Shown here in pieces: positions 25,601 to 38,200 of a stretch of 64,000 bases of DNA (positions are counted from its first letter, which is position 1; each line of letters begins with the position of its first letter). A model generated the notes under the pieces. The model did not search any database and was not told the DNA's origin. It was given only the letters and a program-made list of their open reading frames with translations. The position numbers and the translations under genes were made by a program. The stretch comes from Ranitomeya imitator (Eukaryota), in assembly GCF_032444005.1 (NCBI RefSeq), contig NC_091284.1, positions 16,120,001 to 16,184,000 on the forward strand, read 5' to 3'.

Positions 25601-28600
25601 TCGTTATAATTCTGTATGTGGGAAGTTTATCGCATAAACAATTCATGTGTGCACTGAACCTCTACAATGCGAGATTTACCGAGAAGTGCTGCAGTGTAAA
25701 GCACAGAGGAGGGACAGACGAAGAGCTTAGATCCAAATGGGAGGTGGATCTTAGACTTCCTTAAACTCCCAACAAACAATGCATCCAAGCTGGAGTCGCT
25801 AATTATAAAGCTGCAGTGTAAAGCATGGGTCAGAGGAACGTCCGCCACTCAATGGGGTAGAAGCCATTAATATAAAGAGGGACATTTTGGGGAGTAATTT
25901 GTGTGATTTTTCACCCCACCTGTTGGTGTCTCAATTCCATGGTGACTCTCAGGTCTTTTTGCTTTGTGTTCGTTATTTTCTCACTCTTCAGACTTTCCAA
26001 TATCCCAGAATCCGCCACTTCCTTCTGTAAAAGTGTCTGCAGGAAATCCTGAGTGTTTGCGCTCTCTGTTTCTTTCTCCAGATAATTATAGAGATCTGCA
26101 AGACGCATTAAATAAATTGTGTAACGCTTATTACTAGTCTTAGAGGTCTCTGACCGCGTGCAGCTAGCCAAAACAAAGAAGGACTATGGTGGATGCGCTG
26201 GGATGTGGATGGCAGCCGTGTGTCTCTCCCCTGATCAGGCCCACATAAAAAAAATAACATTAGCGCTGTATATATGGAAGATGTGAGTAAAGGGATGAGG
26301 TCAGACCCCATTATGGTGCCCAAAAATACTACATGGCCTTGTATTGTGCAGCTAGCCAACATAGGGAAAGACTATAGCAGCAGCCGGCAATGGCAGTAGG
26401 CTGTGGATGGATTCTGTGTGCTGCTATGTGGCTCCCTTACACATCCCCACACACACAAACACAAAAAAAATCACTGTATAGAAGACATTAAGGGGTAAAG
26501 TTAGACCCTCTTACAGTCCCTAATATACATAGTGCATCACATTGTACAATATAAGACTGTGGTGACACTCTGTGGGTTGTTGATGACTTCTGTGTGCTGT
26601 TATGCGCCATGTGTTGAGAGGTTAGGTTAAGCCCCATTATGGTACCCCAATATATATATAAATTCCCTCATCATCTTACCGTCAAACCTGCTATACTTGA
26701 TGAACTCTGGAGGGGATGGTCTTGATGGCTCCATAATGTCCACTTCTGGATCATCGTCATCATCGCTAACCAGCTCTACTTTCAGCTTATTGCTCAACCA
26801 CCCACTCAGCAGATCCTGGGCTGAAGAGTTAAATATTAAAGTCACAAAAGTACATCCCCATCATCCATTGTTATATGATCCTCCTTTTCCTTGTACAGTG
26901 TAGAAAGAAACTGTGCTGCCTGGAAACCTTCGTTAAGCTTCTGTCAGTGGAGATTATAAATGAATAATTACTCTAAGAATGGCCGGTAAGACCACCAGGA
27001 CCATCAGCCTCCATGAACACAAGCCTTGTCGATGAGACACCCTGGAACATCTGCCCCATGGACACCGGCCAAACATTCTGATTGTACCATATCTCCATTG
27101 GATATTTCTCTGCTCATTCACAGCAAGACAATAATAAATCATAAAAGGACTAATAGAAACACAAAATAAAACCAAAAGATGCAGCAAGCAACCCAAGGAA
27201 AAGAAACAAAAACAGAGCAACAAGCCGTAATGTCCATACACCTCTGATCCTTGTCTGCTCCAGGGACGTTACCTTCAGTGTAAGCGTCGTCGTGGTCGTG
27301 CAGCTGATCCACTGACTGCAGGGTCAGCGATGGGTGCGGGGGTCTCTGGGCACGTTGGGTGGGCTTCTTGGGTGAAAACACTTCAGATACAGCAAATTCT
27401 GATGCCTGCTCCACCCGCTATACAGGAGACGTGATAATCAGCAAAGGACGAGCTTCAGCGCATCAGACACAGGCAACACAAGATGGGGGGCAGTAATAAA
27501 TGTGACCTGGGGGGCTGAGAGGGCAGTAATAAATGCAACACAGGGGGCTGAGGGGCAGAAATAAATGTGACACAGGGTAATAAACGACATAGAGCTACAG
27601 GATAATGTGCTTTGGTTGGATCTTACATTGCCACTTAAAGGTACAGGTACTCTCATAAATTATTTCCCCTTATCACCTTTCTTGTTTACTTATTGCGATT
27701 TTTGCACGGTGGTGCTTCCTGCCCACTCATCACACTGTTTATTTGCACTATTGCACCTTTTTATATGGTGTTTTGGCCATATGGCCAGAGTATTACATTA
27801 TATTACATTATATTATTTTTTATTAACCCCATAGACACTTTTGTGTGATAGTTGTATTCATTTTTATCCTATTTTAGCACCAGTGGTACACTTTTTTTAA
27901 TATCTTTTTATCCGTTTTTATGAGAGTCCCGATACTAACCTCCTTCCTTTTTTGGCATACTGTATATTTATCTACATATTTTTATTCATATTTTTTGTGA
28001 TTTTATTGTTGTGATTGTATTTTTTATATCCCTCCATATGTGCACATATATATATATATATGTTATTACCATTACTTAATAAAGAAATATTGTTATTATA
28101 TATATACCCTTGCCACGTTTCTTATTTTGGAACTGGGTCCCTAGCTCTGGTGGTTGGTGCTTTACTGCTGTCAAGTAGTTCCCACTTATTTTCTTTATTT
28201 TCACTGGGGTCCTCATAAGAATTTATTTTAAGATATATATTTTCCTTATATAAATATATTCTGCCCCTTTAGTGCTAACAATTTGTGTCTAGGATAATGT
28301 GTGCTGTAGTGCGCCTGTGTGTCCAGCAGGTGGCGCGCACCTCCAGGTTATTTTCTCACCCACTGTAACTTTCTGCTTACACAATAATCTGCTGTGATTG
28401 CTGCGTTTTTGTTGTTTTTTTGTGTGTTTTCCTCTTTATTAGGCATCTTTGGTGCAGAATTCATACAATTTTGTTGTTTCCGTTTTGTTTTTTTCTGAGT
28501 TTTTTCTTCCCTCCCCCATCTTCCCCATAGAAGCCTCGGGAGAAAACCGCACAGTTCAGTCTCTCCGCCACTTTGCTTGAACTGTCAAACACAGAAAACA

Positions 28601-31600
28601 GTTCAGCGTCTGCGCAATGTGTGAACAGTGTCTGGATGAGAACCTGGCGGCCGTTATGTGGCCCCCCCGGATTAGTGGCTGCAGCGCTCCCATTATGTGG
28701 CGAGTATATACACAGGGCAGACAGGAGTATACAGCAGCACAGTCTATATACACAGGGGACACAGGGAAAAGATGGAAGTGTATCATCTGCATCCGAGCCT
28801 CTGCTGTATCTGAGCCTGCACGGTCCATACCTTAATCCAGTGCTCCACATTATCATAGTCAAAGGCCGCCTGCAGAAACAAGATCAGATCACCATGGGAT
28901 CAACAGTGTATCTAATCCTATCCCGTGTGATACTGTCTGCTGAGCCATGTATCTAATCCTATCCCGTGTGATACTGTCTGCTGAGCCATGTATCTAATCC
29001 TATCCTGTGTGATACTGTCTGCTGAGCTGTGTATCTAATCCTCTCCTGTGTTATACGGTCTGCTGAACTGTGTATCTAATCCTCTCCTGTGTGATACTGA
29101 CTGCTGAGCTGTGTATCTAATCCTATCCTGTGTGATACTGACTGCTGAGCTGTGTATCTAATCCTATGCTGTGTGATACTGCCTGCTGAGCCGTGTATCC
29201 AATCCTATGCTGTGTGATACTGTCTGCTGAGCCATGTATCTAATCCTCTCCTGTGTGATACTGACTGCTGAGCTGTGTATCTAATCCTATCCTGTGTGAT
29301 ACTGTCTGCTGAGCCGTGTATCCAATCCTATGCTGTGTGATACTGTCTGCTGAGCCGTGTATCTAATCCTATGCTGTGTGATACTGTCTGCTGAGCCATG
29401 TATCTAATCCTCTCCTGTGTGATACTGACTGCTGAGCCTTGTATCTAATCCTATCCTGTGTGATACTGACTGCTGAGCCGTGTATCTAATCCTATCCTGT
29501 GTGACACTGTCTGCTGAGCTGTGTATCTAATCCTATCCTGTGTGACACTGACTGCTGAGCTGTGTATCTAATCCTATGCTGTGTGATACCGTCTGCTGAG
29601 CCATGTATCTAATCCTATGCTGTGTGATACTGTCTGCTGAGCCGTGTATCTAATCCTATCCTGTGTGATACTGACTGCTGAGCCGTGTATCTAATCCTAT
29701 CCTGTGTGATACTGTCTGCTGAGCCGTGTATCCAATCCTATGCTGTGTGATACTGTCTGCTGAGCCGTGTATCTAATCCTATCCTGTGTGATACTGTCTG
29801 CTGAGCCGTGTATCTAATCCTATCCTGTGTGATACTGTCTGCTGAGCCGTGTATCTAATCCTATCCTGTGTGATACTGTCTGCTGAGCCGTGTATCTAAT
29901 CCCATCCTGTGTGATACTGTCTGCTGAGCCATGTATCTAATCCTATCCTGTGTGATACTGTCTGCTGAGCCGTGTATCTAATCCTATCCTGTGTGATACT
30001 GTCTGCTGAGCCGTGTATCTAATCCTATCCTGTGTGATACTGTCTGCTGAGCCGTGTATCTAATCCTATCCTGCGTGATACTGTCTGCTGAGCCGTGTAT
30101 CTAATCCTCTCCTGTGTGATACTGACTGCTGAGCCGTGTATCTAATCCTATCCTGTGTAATACTGTCTGCTGAGCCGTGTATCTAATCCTCTCCTGTGTG
30201 ATACTGACTGCTGAGCCATGTATCTAATCCTCTCCTGTGTGATACTGACTGCTGAGCCTTGTATCTAATCCTATCCTGTGTGATACTGACTGCTGAGCCA
30301 TGTATCTAATCCTCTCCTGTGTGATACTGACTGCAGAGCGTGTATCTAATCCTCTCCTGTGTGATACTGACTGCTGAGCCGTGTATCTAATCCTATGCTG
30401 TGTGATACTGACTGCAGAGCGTGTATCTAATCCTCTCCTGTGTGATACTGTCTGCTGAGCTGTGTATCTAATCCTCTCCTGTGTGATACTGTCTGCTGAG
30501 CCGTGTATCTAATCCTCTCCTGTGTGATACTGACTGCTGAGCCGTGTATCTAATCCTCTCCTGTGTGATACTGACTGCTGAGCCGTGTATCTAATCCTAT
30601 CCTGTGTGATACTGACTGCTGAGCCGTGTATCTAATCCTCTCCTGTGTGATACTGTCTGCTGAGCCGTGTATCTAATCCTCTCCTGTGTGATACTGTCTG
30701 CTGAGCCGTGTATCTAATCCTCTCCTGTGTGATACTGACTGCTGAGCCGTGTATCTGATCCTCTCCTGTGTGATACTGTCTGCTGAGCCGTGTATCTAAT
30801 CCTCTCCTGTGTGATACTGTCTGCTGAGCCGTGTATCTAATCCTATCCTGTGTGATACTGACTGCTGAGCCGTGTATCTAATCCTATCCTGTGTGATACT
30901 GACTGCTGAGCCGTGTATCTAATCTCATCCTGTGTGATACTAACTGCTGAGCCGTGTATCTGATCCTCTCCTGTGTGATACTGTCTGCTGAGCCGTGTAT
31001 CTAATCCTCTCCTGTGTGATACTGTCTGCTGAGCCGTGTATCTAATCCTATCCTGTGTGATACTGACTGCTGAGCCGTGTATCTAATCCTATCCTGTGTG
31101 ATACTGTCTGCTGAGCCGTGTATCTAATCCTATCCTGTGTGATACTGACTGCTGAGCCGTGTATCTAATCCTATCCTGTGTGATACTGACTGCTGAGCCG
31201 TGTATCTAATCCTATCCTGTGTGATACTGTCTGCTGAGCCGTGTATCTAATCCTATCCTGTGTGATACTGACTGCTGAGCCGTGTATCTAATCCTCTCCT
31301 GTGTGATACTGTATGCTGAGCCGTGTATCTAATCCTCTCCTGTGTGATACTGACTGCTGAGCCGTGTATCTAATCCTCTCCTGTGTGATACTGACTGCTG
31401 AGCCGTGTATCTAATCCTATCCTGTGTGATACTGACTGCAGAGCGTGTATCTAATCCTCTCCTGTGTGATACTGACTGCTGAGCCGTGTATCTAATCCTA
31501 TCCTGTGTGATACTGACTGCTGAGCCGTGTATCTAATCCTGTCACGTGGGATGTATCTAAGCTCGCTGTAGCACGCACCGGGCAGTACTCGGCATTAGTA

Positions 31601-31681
31601 GCAGGGTCTGACCTTCGTCTTGGGTTCGGTGCTCTGCCTCCTCCAGCGGTACAGCTCGGGCTTGCGGTTCCCGGCTCTCAT
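16676..31681 (-). CDS. CCDC191: Coiled-coil domain-containing protein 191 (KIAA1407), 17 exons, 897 aa
   Basis: Exons 5'->3': 31681-31613, 28869-28831, 27417-27273, 26820-26680, 26095-25920, 25579-25356, 25118-24995, 24711-24521, 24426-24189, 24041-23584, 23374-23268, 21156-21074, 20793-20692, 20591-20448, 20110-19958, 17065-16911, 16820-16676. All introns are GT-AG with consistent phases; total 2694 nt. Recognised motifs: VEHWIK/RVEQASEFAVS, KKEEEEIQREMVKLR, AMEERAAQRAERRR, GLEPWRKL, ELLPDF. It lies between ZDHHC23 and QTRT2 as in other vertebrates. Confidence 0.93.
17182..17906. mobile_element. MITE with 15-bp TIR AGGTACCGTCACACT and TTA TSD (PIF/Harbinger-like)
   Basis: Perfect TIRs, TTA on both flanks (17179-17181, 17907-17909), nested internal palindromes. 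Confidence 0.8.
17994..18302. mobile_element. T2/Kolobok-type palindromic MITE (309 bp)
   Basis: TTAA|AGGGACACTGTCACC...GGTGACAGTGTCCCT|TTAA; nearly the whole element is self-complementary. Confidence 0.85.
18307..18614. mobile_element. Short MITE with 16-bp TIR GCTGGGTTCACATTGC
   Basis: Inverted repeats at 18307-18322 and 18599-18614; abuts the T2 MITE. Confidence 0.65.
18645..19920. mobile_element. Non-autonomous hAT-like element (1276 bp)
   Basis: TIR TAGA(A/G)ATGGGC; exact 8-bp TSD ATCCTCGT (18637-18644 and 19921-19928); degenerate internal inverted arms. Confidence 0.8.
21322..22600 (-). mobile_element. LTR-like sequence (~1.28 kb) in CCDC191 intron 11
   Basis: Ends TGTCACGA...TCGTGACA; on the minus strand a degenerate tRNA-Leu PBS follows and a purine run precedes. 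No TSD found. Confidence 0.55.
22645..23190. repeat. 27-bp minisatellite (CCGTCAGCAACCGCGCGTCCACCCTCG)
   Basis: Direct inspection; lies next to the LTR-like sequence. Confidence 0.93.
28905..31545. repeat. 41-bp minisatellite filling CCDC191 intron 1
   Basis: Unit GTGTATCTAATCCTATCCTGTGTGATACTGTCTGCTGAGCC. Confidence 0.97.
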
Positions 31682-32107
31682 GGCGTCCCCGGTCCCCGTC
31701 AGTATCCTCCAGTCCTCCAGTGCACCGGGCTCATCTGCCGGCAGAGGTGCAGAGACGCAGATGCATGCTGGGAGTTGTAGTTGTTCAGCCCCACCCTATA
31801 CTTCCCTCAGATAGACGGAAGCGCCTGACTGGACTACAAATCCCGGAAAGCTTCACGTGTAACGGAAGCGTCTAGCTGTTTCCATAGTAACAGAACACAG
31901 TCACATGACTTGGAAAAGCTCGGCGATGAGTGATGACGTCGCGAGAGCTGATTGGCCCGCTGGAGTGATGGAGAAAGTCCGCGCGCTTCTTTCCTCACAT
32001 GATCCCGTGTGTTTATTGGTCATTCTTATCTGCTCTCGTTAACCCTCGCTGCACCAGTCTGATGTGTTAACCCTTCATAAGGCCTGATTTTTCTCCGGAA
32101 GGTCGCG
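31682..32107. promoter_or_regulatory. CpG-rich bidirectional promoter of CCDC191/QTRT2, with a probable non-coding QTRT2 exon 1 (donor at 32107/32108)
   Basis: Start codons are head to head, 582 bp apart. Motifs: two ZNF143/THAP11-type ACTACAnnTCCC (31769-31781 minus, 31833-31844 plus); ETS CGGAAG (31816, 31863); E-box CACGTG (31854); TGACGTC (31934); TCGCGAGA (31939); CCAAT box as ATTGG (~31951). Donor GCG|GTAAGT at 32108 and acceptor CAG| at 32249. Confidence 0.75.
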
Positions 32108-32263
32108 GTAAGTAATTCCTGCGTTAGTCGCAGTTCTCTGTGTGCACGGGATCCACACGTGACAGCCTCAGCAGGACCAGATCTCCAGGACTACAACTAC
32201 CAGCATGTCCTCCACGTGATTCTCCCTCATGTGTCTTTTCTCCTGACAGTCGCCCGCGGTGTG

Positions 32264-35200
32264 ATGAAGCTGATGATCGGTGCTGTGACGGGCAGCGCTC
32301 GCCTCGGGGTCATCAGCAGCCTGGGCCGGACCGGAGAGAAGACGCTGGAAGTCCCGGGCTGCCTGCTGTACACACGGACGGCGTCTGCCCCGCACCTCAC
32401 CCACGACACCCTGCGGAGCATCGCCGGCGTCCCACCCGTGACCCACGTCACCCTGAGCACCCTGTAAGAGAAGGCAGAGGAGCAGCACAGAGGATGTCAG
32501 GAGAGGGCAGCGGGGCCCCAGCAGCACAGAGGATGTCAGGAGAGGGCAGCGGGGCCACAGCAGTACAGAGGATGTCAGGAGAGGGCAGCGGGGCCACAGC
32601 AGTACAGAGGATGTCAGGAGAGGGCAGCGGGGCCCCAGCAGCACAGAGGATGTCAGGAGAGGGCAGCGGGGCCCCAGCAGCACAGAGGATGTCAGGAGAG
32701 GGCAGCGGGGCCCCAGCAGCACAGAGGATGTCAGGAGAGGGCAGCGGGGCCCCAGCAGCACAGAGGATGTCAGGAGAGGGCAGCGGGGCCCCAGCAGCAC
32801 AGAGGATGTCAGGAGAGGGCAGCGGGGCCCCAGCAGCACAGAGGATGTCAGGAGAGGGCAGCGGGGCCCCAGCAGCACAGAGGATGTCAGGAGAGGGCAG
32901 CGGGGCCCCAGCAGCACAGAGGATGTCAGGAGAGGGCAGCGGGGCCCCAGCAGCACAGAGGATGTCAGGAGAGGGCAGCGGGGCCCCAGCAGCACAGAGG
33001 ATGTCAGGAGAGGGCAGCGGGGCCCCAGCAGCACAGAGGATGTCAGGAGAGGGCAGCGGGGCCCCAGCAGCACAGAGGATGTCAGGAGAGGGCAGCGGGG
33101 CCCCAGCAGCACAGAGGATGTCAGGAGAGGGCAGCGGGGTCCCAGCAGCACAGAGGATGTCAGGAGAGGGCAGCGGGGCCCCAGCAGCACAGAGGATGTC
33201 AGGAGAGGGCAGCGGGGCCCCAGCAGCACAGAGGATGTCAGGAGAGGGCATCGGGGCCCCAGCAGCACAGAGGATGTCAGGAGAGGGCAGCGGGGCCCCA
33301 GCAGCACAGAGGATGTCAGGAGAGGGCAGCGGGGCCCCAGCAGCACAGAGGATGTCAGGAGAGGGCAGCGGGGCCCCAGCAGCACAGAGGATGTCAGGAG
33401 AGGGCAGCGGGGTCCCAGCAGCGCAGAGGATGTCAGGAGAGGGCAGCGGGGCCCCAGCAGCGCAGAGGATGTCAGGAGAGGGCAGCGGGGCTCCCAGCAG
33501 CACAGAGGATGTCAGGAGAGGGCAGTGGGGCCCCAGCAGCACAGAGGATGTCAGGAGAGGGCAGCGGGGCCACAGCAGTACAGAGGATGTCAGGAGAGGG
33601 CAGCGGGGCCACAGCAGTACAGAGGATGTCAGGAGAGGGCAGCGGGGTCCCAGCAGCGCAGAGGATGTCAGGAGAGGGCAGCGGGGCCCCAGCAGCGCAG
33701 AGGATGTCAGGAGAGGGCAGCGGGGCTCCCAGCAGCACAGAGGATGTCAGGAGAGGGCAGCGGGGCTCCAGCAGCACAGAGGATGTCAGGAGAGGGCAGC
33801 GGGGCTCCCAGCAGCACAGAGGATGTCAGGAGAGGGCAGCGGGGCTCCCAGCAGCACAGAGGATGTCAGGAGAGGGCAGCGGGGCTCCAGCAGCACAGAG
33901 GATGTCAGGAGAGGGCATCGGGGCCCCAGCAGCACAGAGGATGTCAGGAGAGGGCAGCGGGGCCCCAGCAGCACAGAGGATGTCAGGAGAGGGCAGCGGG
34001 GTCCCAGCAGCACAGAGGATGTCAGGAGAGGGCAGCGGGGCTCCCAGCAGCACAGAGGATGTCAGGAGAGGGCAGCGGGGCTCCCAGCAGCACAGAGGAT
34101 GTCAGGAGAGGGCAGCGGGGCTCCAGCAGCACAGAGGATGTCAGGAGAGGGCAGCGGGGCTCCCAGCAGCACAGAGGATGTCAGGAGACCCTGTTCCGCA
34201 GGGTCTGTTCCGCAGGACTGGCGCATAGCAAATGTTGTGCCAATATTCAAAAAGGGCTCTAAAAGTGAACCTGGAAATTATAGGCCAGTAAGTCTAACCT
34301 CTATTGTTGGTAAAATATTTGAAGGGTTTCTGAGGGATGTTATTCTGGATTATCTCAATGAGAATAACTGTTTAACTCCATATCAGCATGGGTTTATGAG
34401 AAATCGCTCCTGTCAAACCAATCTAATCAGTTTTTATGAAGAGGTAAGCTATAGACTGGACCACGGTGAGTCATTGGACGTGGTATATCTCGATTTTTCC
34501 AAAGCGTTTGATACCGTGCCGCACAAGAGGTTGGTACACAAAATGAGAATGCTTGGTCTGGGGGAAAATGTGTGTAAATGGGTTAGTAACTGGCTTAGTG
34601 ATAGAAAGCAGAGGGTGGTTATAAATGGTATAGTCTCTAACTGGGTCGCTGTGACCAGTGGGGTACCGCAGGGGTCGGTATTGGGACCTGTTCTCTTCAA
34701 CATATTCATTAATGATCTGGTAGAAGGTTTACACAGTAAAATATCGATATTTGCAGATGATACAAAACTATGTAAAGCAGTTAATACAAGAGAAGATAGT
34801 ATTCTGCTACAGATGGATCTGGATAAGTTGGAAACTTGGGCTGAAAGGTGGCAGATGAGGTTTAACAATGATAAATGTAAGGTTATACACATGGGAAGAG
34901 GGAATCAATATCACCATTACACACTGAACGGGAAACCACTGGGTAAATCTGACAGGGAGAAGGACTTGGGGATCCTAGTTAATGATAAACTTACCTGGAG
35001 CAGCCAGTGCCAGGCAGCAGCTGCCAAGGCAAACAGGATCATGGGGTGCATTAAAAGAGGTCTGGATACACATGATGAGAGCATTATACTGCCTCTGTAC
35101 AAATCCCTAGTTAGACCGCACATGGAGTACTGTGTCCAGTTTTGGGCACCGGTGCTCAGGAAGGATATAATGGAACTAGAGAGAGTACAAAGGAGGGCAA

Positions 35201-38200
35201 CAAAATTAATAAAGGGGATGGGAGAACTACAATACCCAGATAGATTAGCGAAATTAGGATTATTTAGTCTAGAAAAAAGACGACTGAGGGGCGATCTAAT
35301 AACCATGTATAAGTATATAAGGGGACAATACAAATATCTCGCTGAGGATCTGTTTATACCAAGGAAGGTGACGGGCACAAGGGGGCATTCTTTGCGTCTG
35401 GAGGAGAGAAGGTTTTTCCACCAACATAGAAGAGGATTCTTTACTGTTAGGGCAGTGAGAATCTGGAATTGCTTGCCTGAGGAGGTGGTGATGGCGAACT
35501 CAGTCGAGGGGTTCAAGAGAGGCCTGGATGTCTTCCTGGAGCAGAACAATATTGTATCATACAATTATTAGGTTCTGTAGAAGGACGTAGATCTGGGTAT
35601 TTATTATAATGGAATATAGGCTGAACTGGATGGACAAATGTCTTTTTTCGGCCTTACTAACTATGTTACTATGTTACTATGTTAGGAGAGGGCAGCGGGG
35701 CCCCAGCAGCACAGAGGATGTCAGGAGAGGGCAGCGGGGCCCCAGCAGCACAGAGGATGTCAGGAGAGGGCAGCGGGGTCCCAGCAGCACAGAGGATGTC
35801 AGGAGAGGACAGCGGGGCCCCAGCAGCACAGAGGATGTCAGGAGAGGGCAGCGGGGTCCCAGCAGCACAGAGGATGTCAGGAGAGGGCAGCGGGGTTCAG
35901 CAGCACAGAGGATGTCAGGAGAGGGCAGCGGGGCCCCCAGCAGCGCAGAGGATGTCAGGAGAGGACAGCGGGGCCCCAGCAGCACAGAGGATGTCAGGAG
36001 AGGGCAGCGGGGTTCAGCAGCACAGAGGATGTCAGGAGAGGGCAGCGAGGCACCAGCAGCACAGAGGATGTCAGGAGAGGGCAGCGGGGCCCCCAGCAGC
36101 GCAGAGGATGTCAGGAGAGGGCAGCGAGGCACCAGCAGCACAGAGGATGTCAGGAGAGGGCAGCGGGGTCCCAGCAGCACAGAGGATGTCAGGAGAGGGC
36201 AGCGGGGCCCCAGCAGCACAGAGGATGTCAGGAGAGGGCAGCGGGGCCCCAGCAGCACAGAGGATGTCAGGAGAGGGCAGCGGGGCTCCCAGCAGCACAG
36301 AGGATGTCAGGAGAGGGCAGCGGGGCCCCAGCAGCACAGAGGATGTCAGGAGAGGGCATCGGGGCCCCAGCAGCACAGAGGATGTCAGGAGAGGGCAGCG
36401 GGGCTCCCAGCAGCACAGAGGATGTCAGGAGAGGGCAGTGGGGTCCCAGCACAGAGGATGTCAGGAGAGGGCAACGGGGCCCCAGCAGCACAGAGGATGT
36501 CAGGAGAGGGCAGCGGGGTTCAGCAGCACAGAGGATGTCAGGAGAGGGCAGCGGGGTCCCAGCAGCACAGAGGATGTCAGGAGAGGGCAGTGGGGTCCCA
36601 GCACAGAGGATGTCAGGAGAAGGCAGCGGGGCTCCCAGCAGCACAGAGGATGTCAGGAGAGGGCAGCGGGGTCCCCAGCAGCACAGAGGATGTCAGGAGA
36701 GGGCAGCGGGGCCCCAGGAGCACAGAGGATGTCAGGAGAGGGCAGCGGGGCCCCCAGCAGCACAGAGGATGTCAGGAGAGGGCAGCGGGGCTCCCAGCAG
36801 CACAGAGGATGTCAGGAGAGGGCAGTGGGGTCCCAGCACAGAGGATGTCAGGAGAAGGCAGCGGGGCTCCCAGCAGCACAGAGGATGTCAGGAGAGGGCA
36901 GCGGGGTCCCCAGCAGCACAGAGGATGTCAGGAGAGGGCAGCGGGGCCCCAGGAGCACAGAGGATGTCAGGAGAGGGCAGCGGGGTCCCCAGCAGCACAG
37001 AGGATGTCAGGAGAGGGCAGCGGGGCTCCCAGCAGCACAGAGGATGTCAGGAGAGGGCAGTGGGGCTCCAGCAGCACAGAGGATGTCAGGAGAGGGCAGC
37101 GGGGCCCCAGCAGCACAGAGGATGTCAGGAGAGGGCAGCGGGGCTCCCAGCAGCACAGAGGATGTCAGGAGAGGGCAGCGGGGCCCCAGCAGCACAGAGG
37201 ATGTCAGCAGAGGGCAGCGGGGCCCCAGCAGCACAGAGGATGTCAGGAGAGGGCAGCGGGGCTCCCAGCAGCACAGAGGATGTCAGGAGAGGGCAGTGGG
37301 GTCCCAGCACAGAGGATGTCAGGAGAGGGCAACGGGGCCCCAGCAGCACAGAGGATGTCAGGAGAGGGCAGCGGGGTTCAGCAGCACAGAGGATGTCAGG
37401 AGAGGGCAGCGGGGTCCCAGCAGCACAGAGGATGTCAGGAGAGGGCAGTGGGGTCCCAGCACAGAGGATGTCAGGAGAAGGCAGCGGGGCTCCCAGCAGC
37501 ACAGAGGATGTCAGGAGAGGGCAGCGGGGTCCCCAGCAGCACAGAGGATGTCAGGAGAGGGCAGCGGGGCCCCAGGAGCACAGAGGATGTCAGGAGAGGG
37601 CAGCGGGGCCACAGCAGTACAGAGGATGTCAGGAGAGGGCAGCGGGGTCCCAGCAGCACAGAGGATGTCAGGAGAGGGCAGCGGGGCCCCAGCAGCACAG
37701 AGGATGTCAGGAGAGGGCAGCGGGGCCACAGCAGTACAGAGGATGTCAGGAGAGGGCAGCGGGGCTCCCAGCAGCACAGAGGATGTCAGGAGAGGGCAGT
37801 GGGGCCCCAGCAGCACAGAGGATGTCAGGAGAGGGCAGCGGGGCCCCAGCAGCACAGAGGATGTCAGGAGAGGGCAGCGGGGCCACAGCAGTACAGAGGA
37901 TGTCAGGAGAGGGCAGCGGGGCTCCCAGCAGCACAGAGGATGTCAGGAGAGGGCAGTGGGGCCCCAGCAGCACAGAGGATGTCAGGAGAGGGCAGCGGGG
38001 CTCCAGCAGCACAGAGGATGTCAGGAGAGGGCAGCGGGGCCACAGCAGTACAGAGGATGTCAGGAGAGGGCAGCGGGGCTCCCAGCAGCACAGAGGATGT
38101 CAGGAGAGGGCAGCGGGGCTCCAGCAGCACAGAGGATGTCAGGAGAGGGCAGCGGGGCTCCAGCAGCACAGAGGATGTCAGGAGAGGGCAGTGGGGCCCC

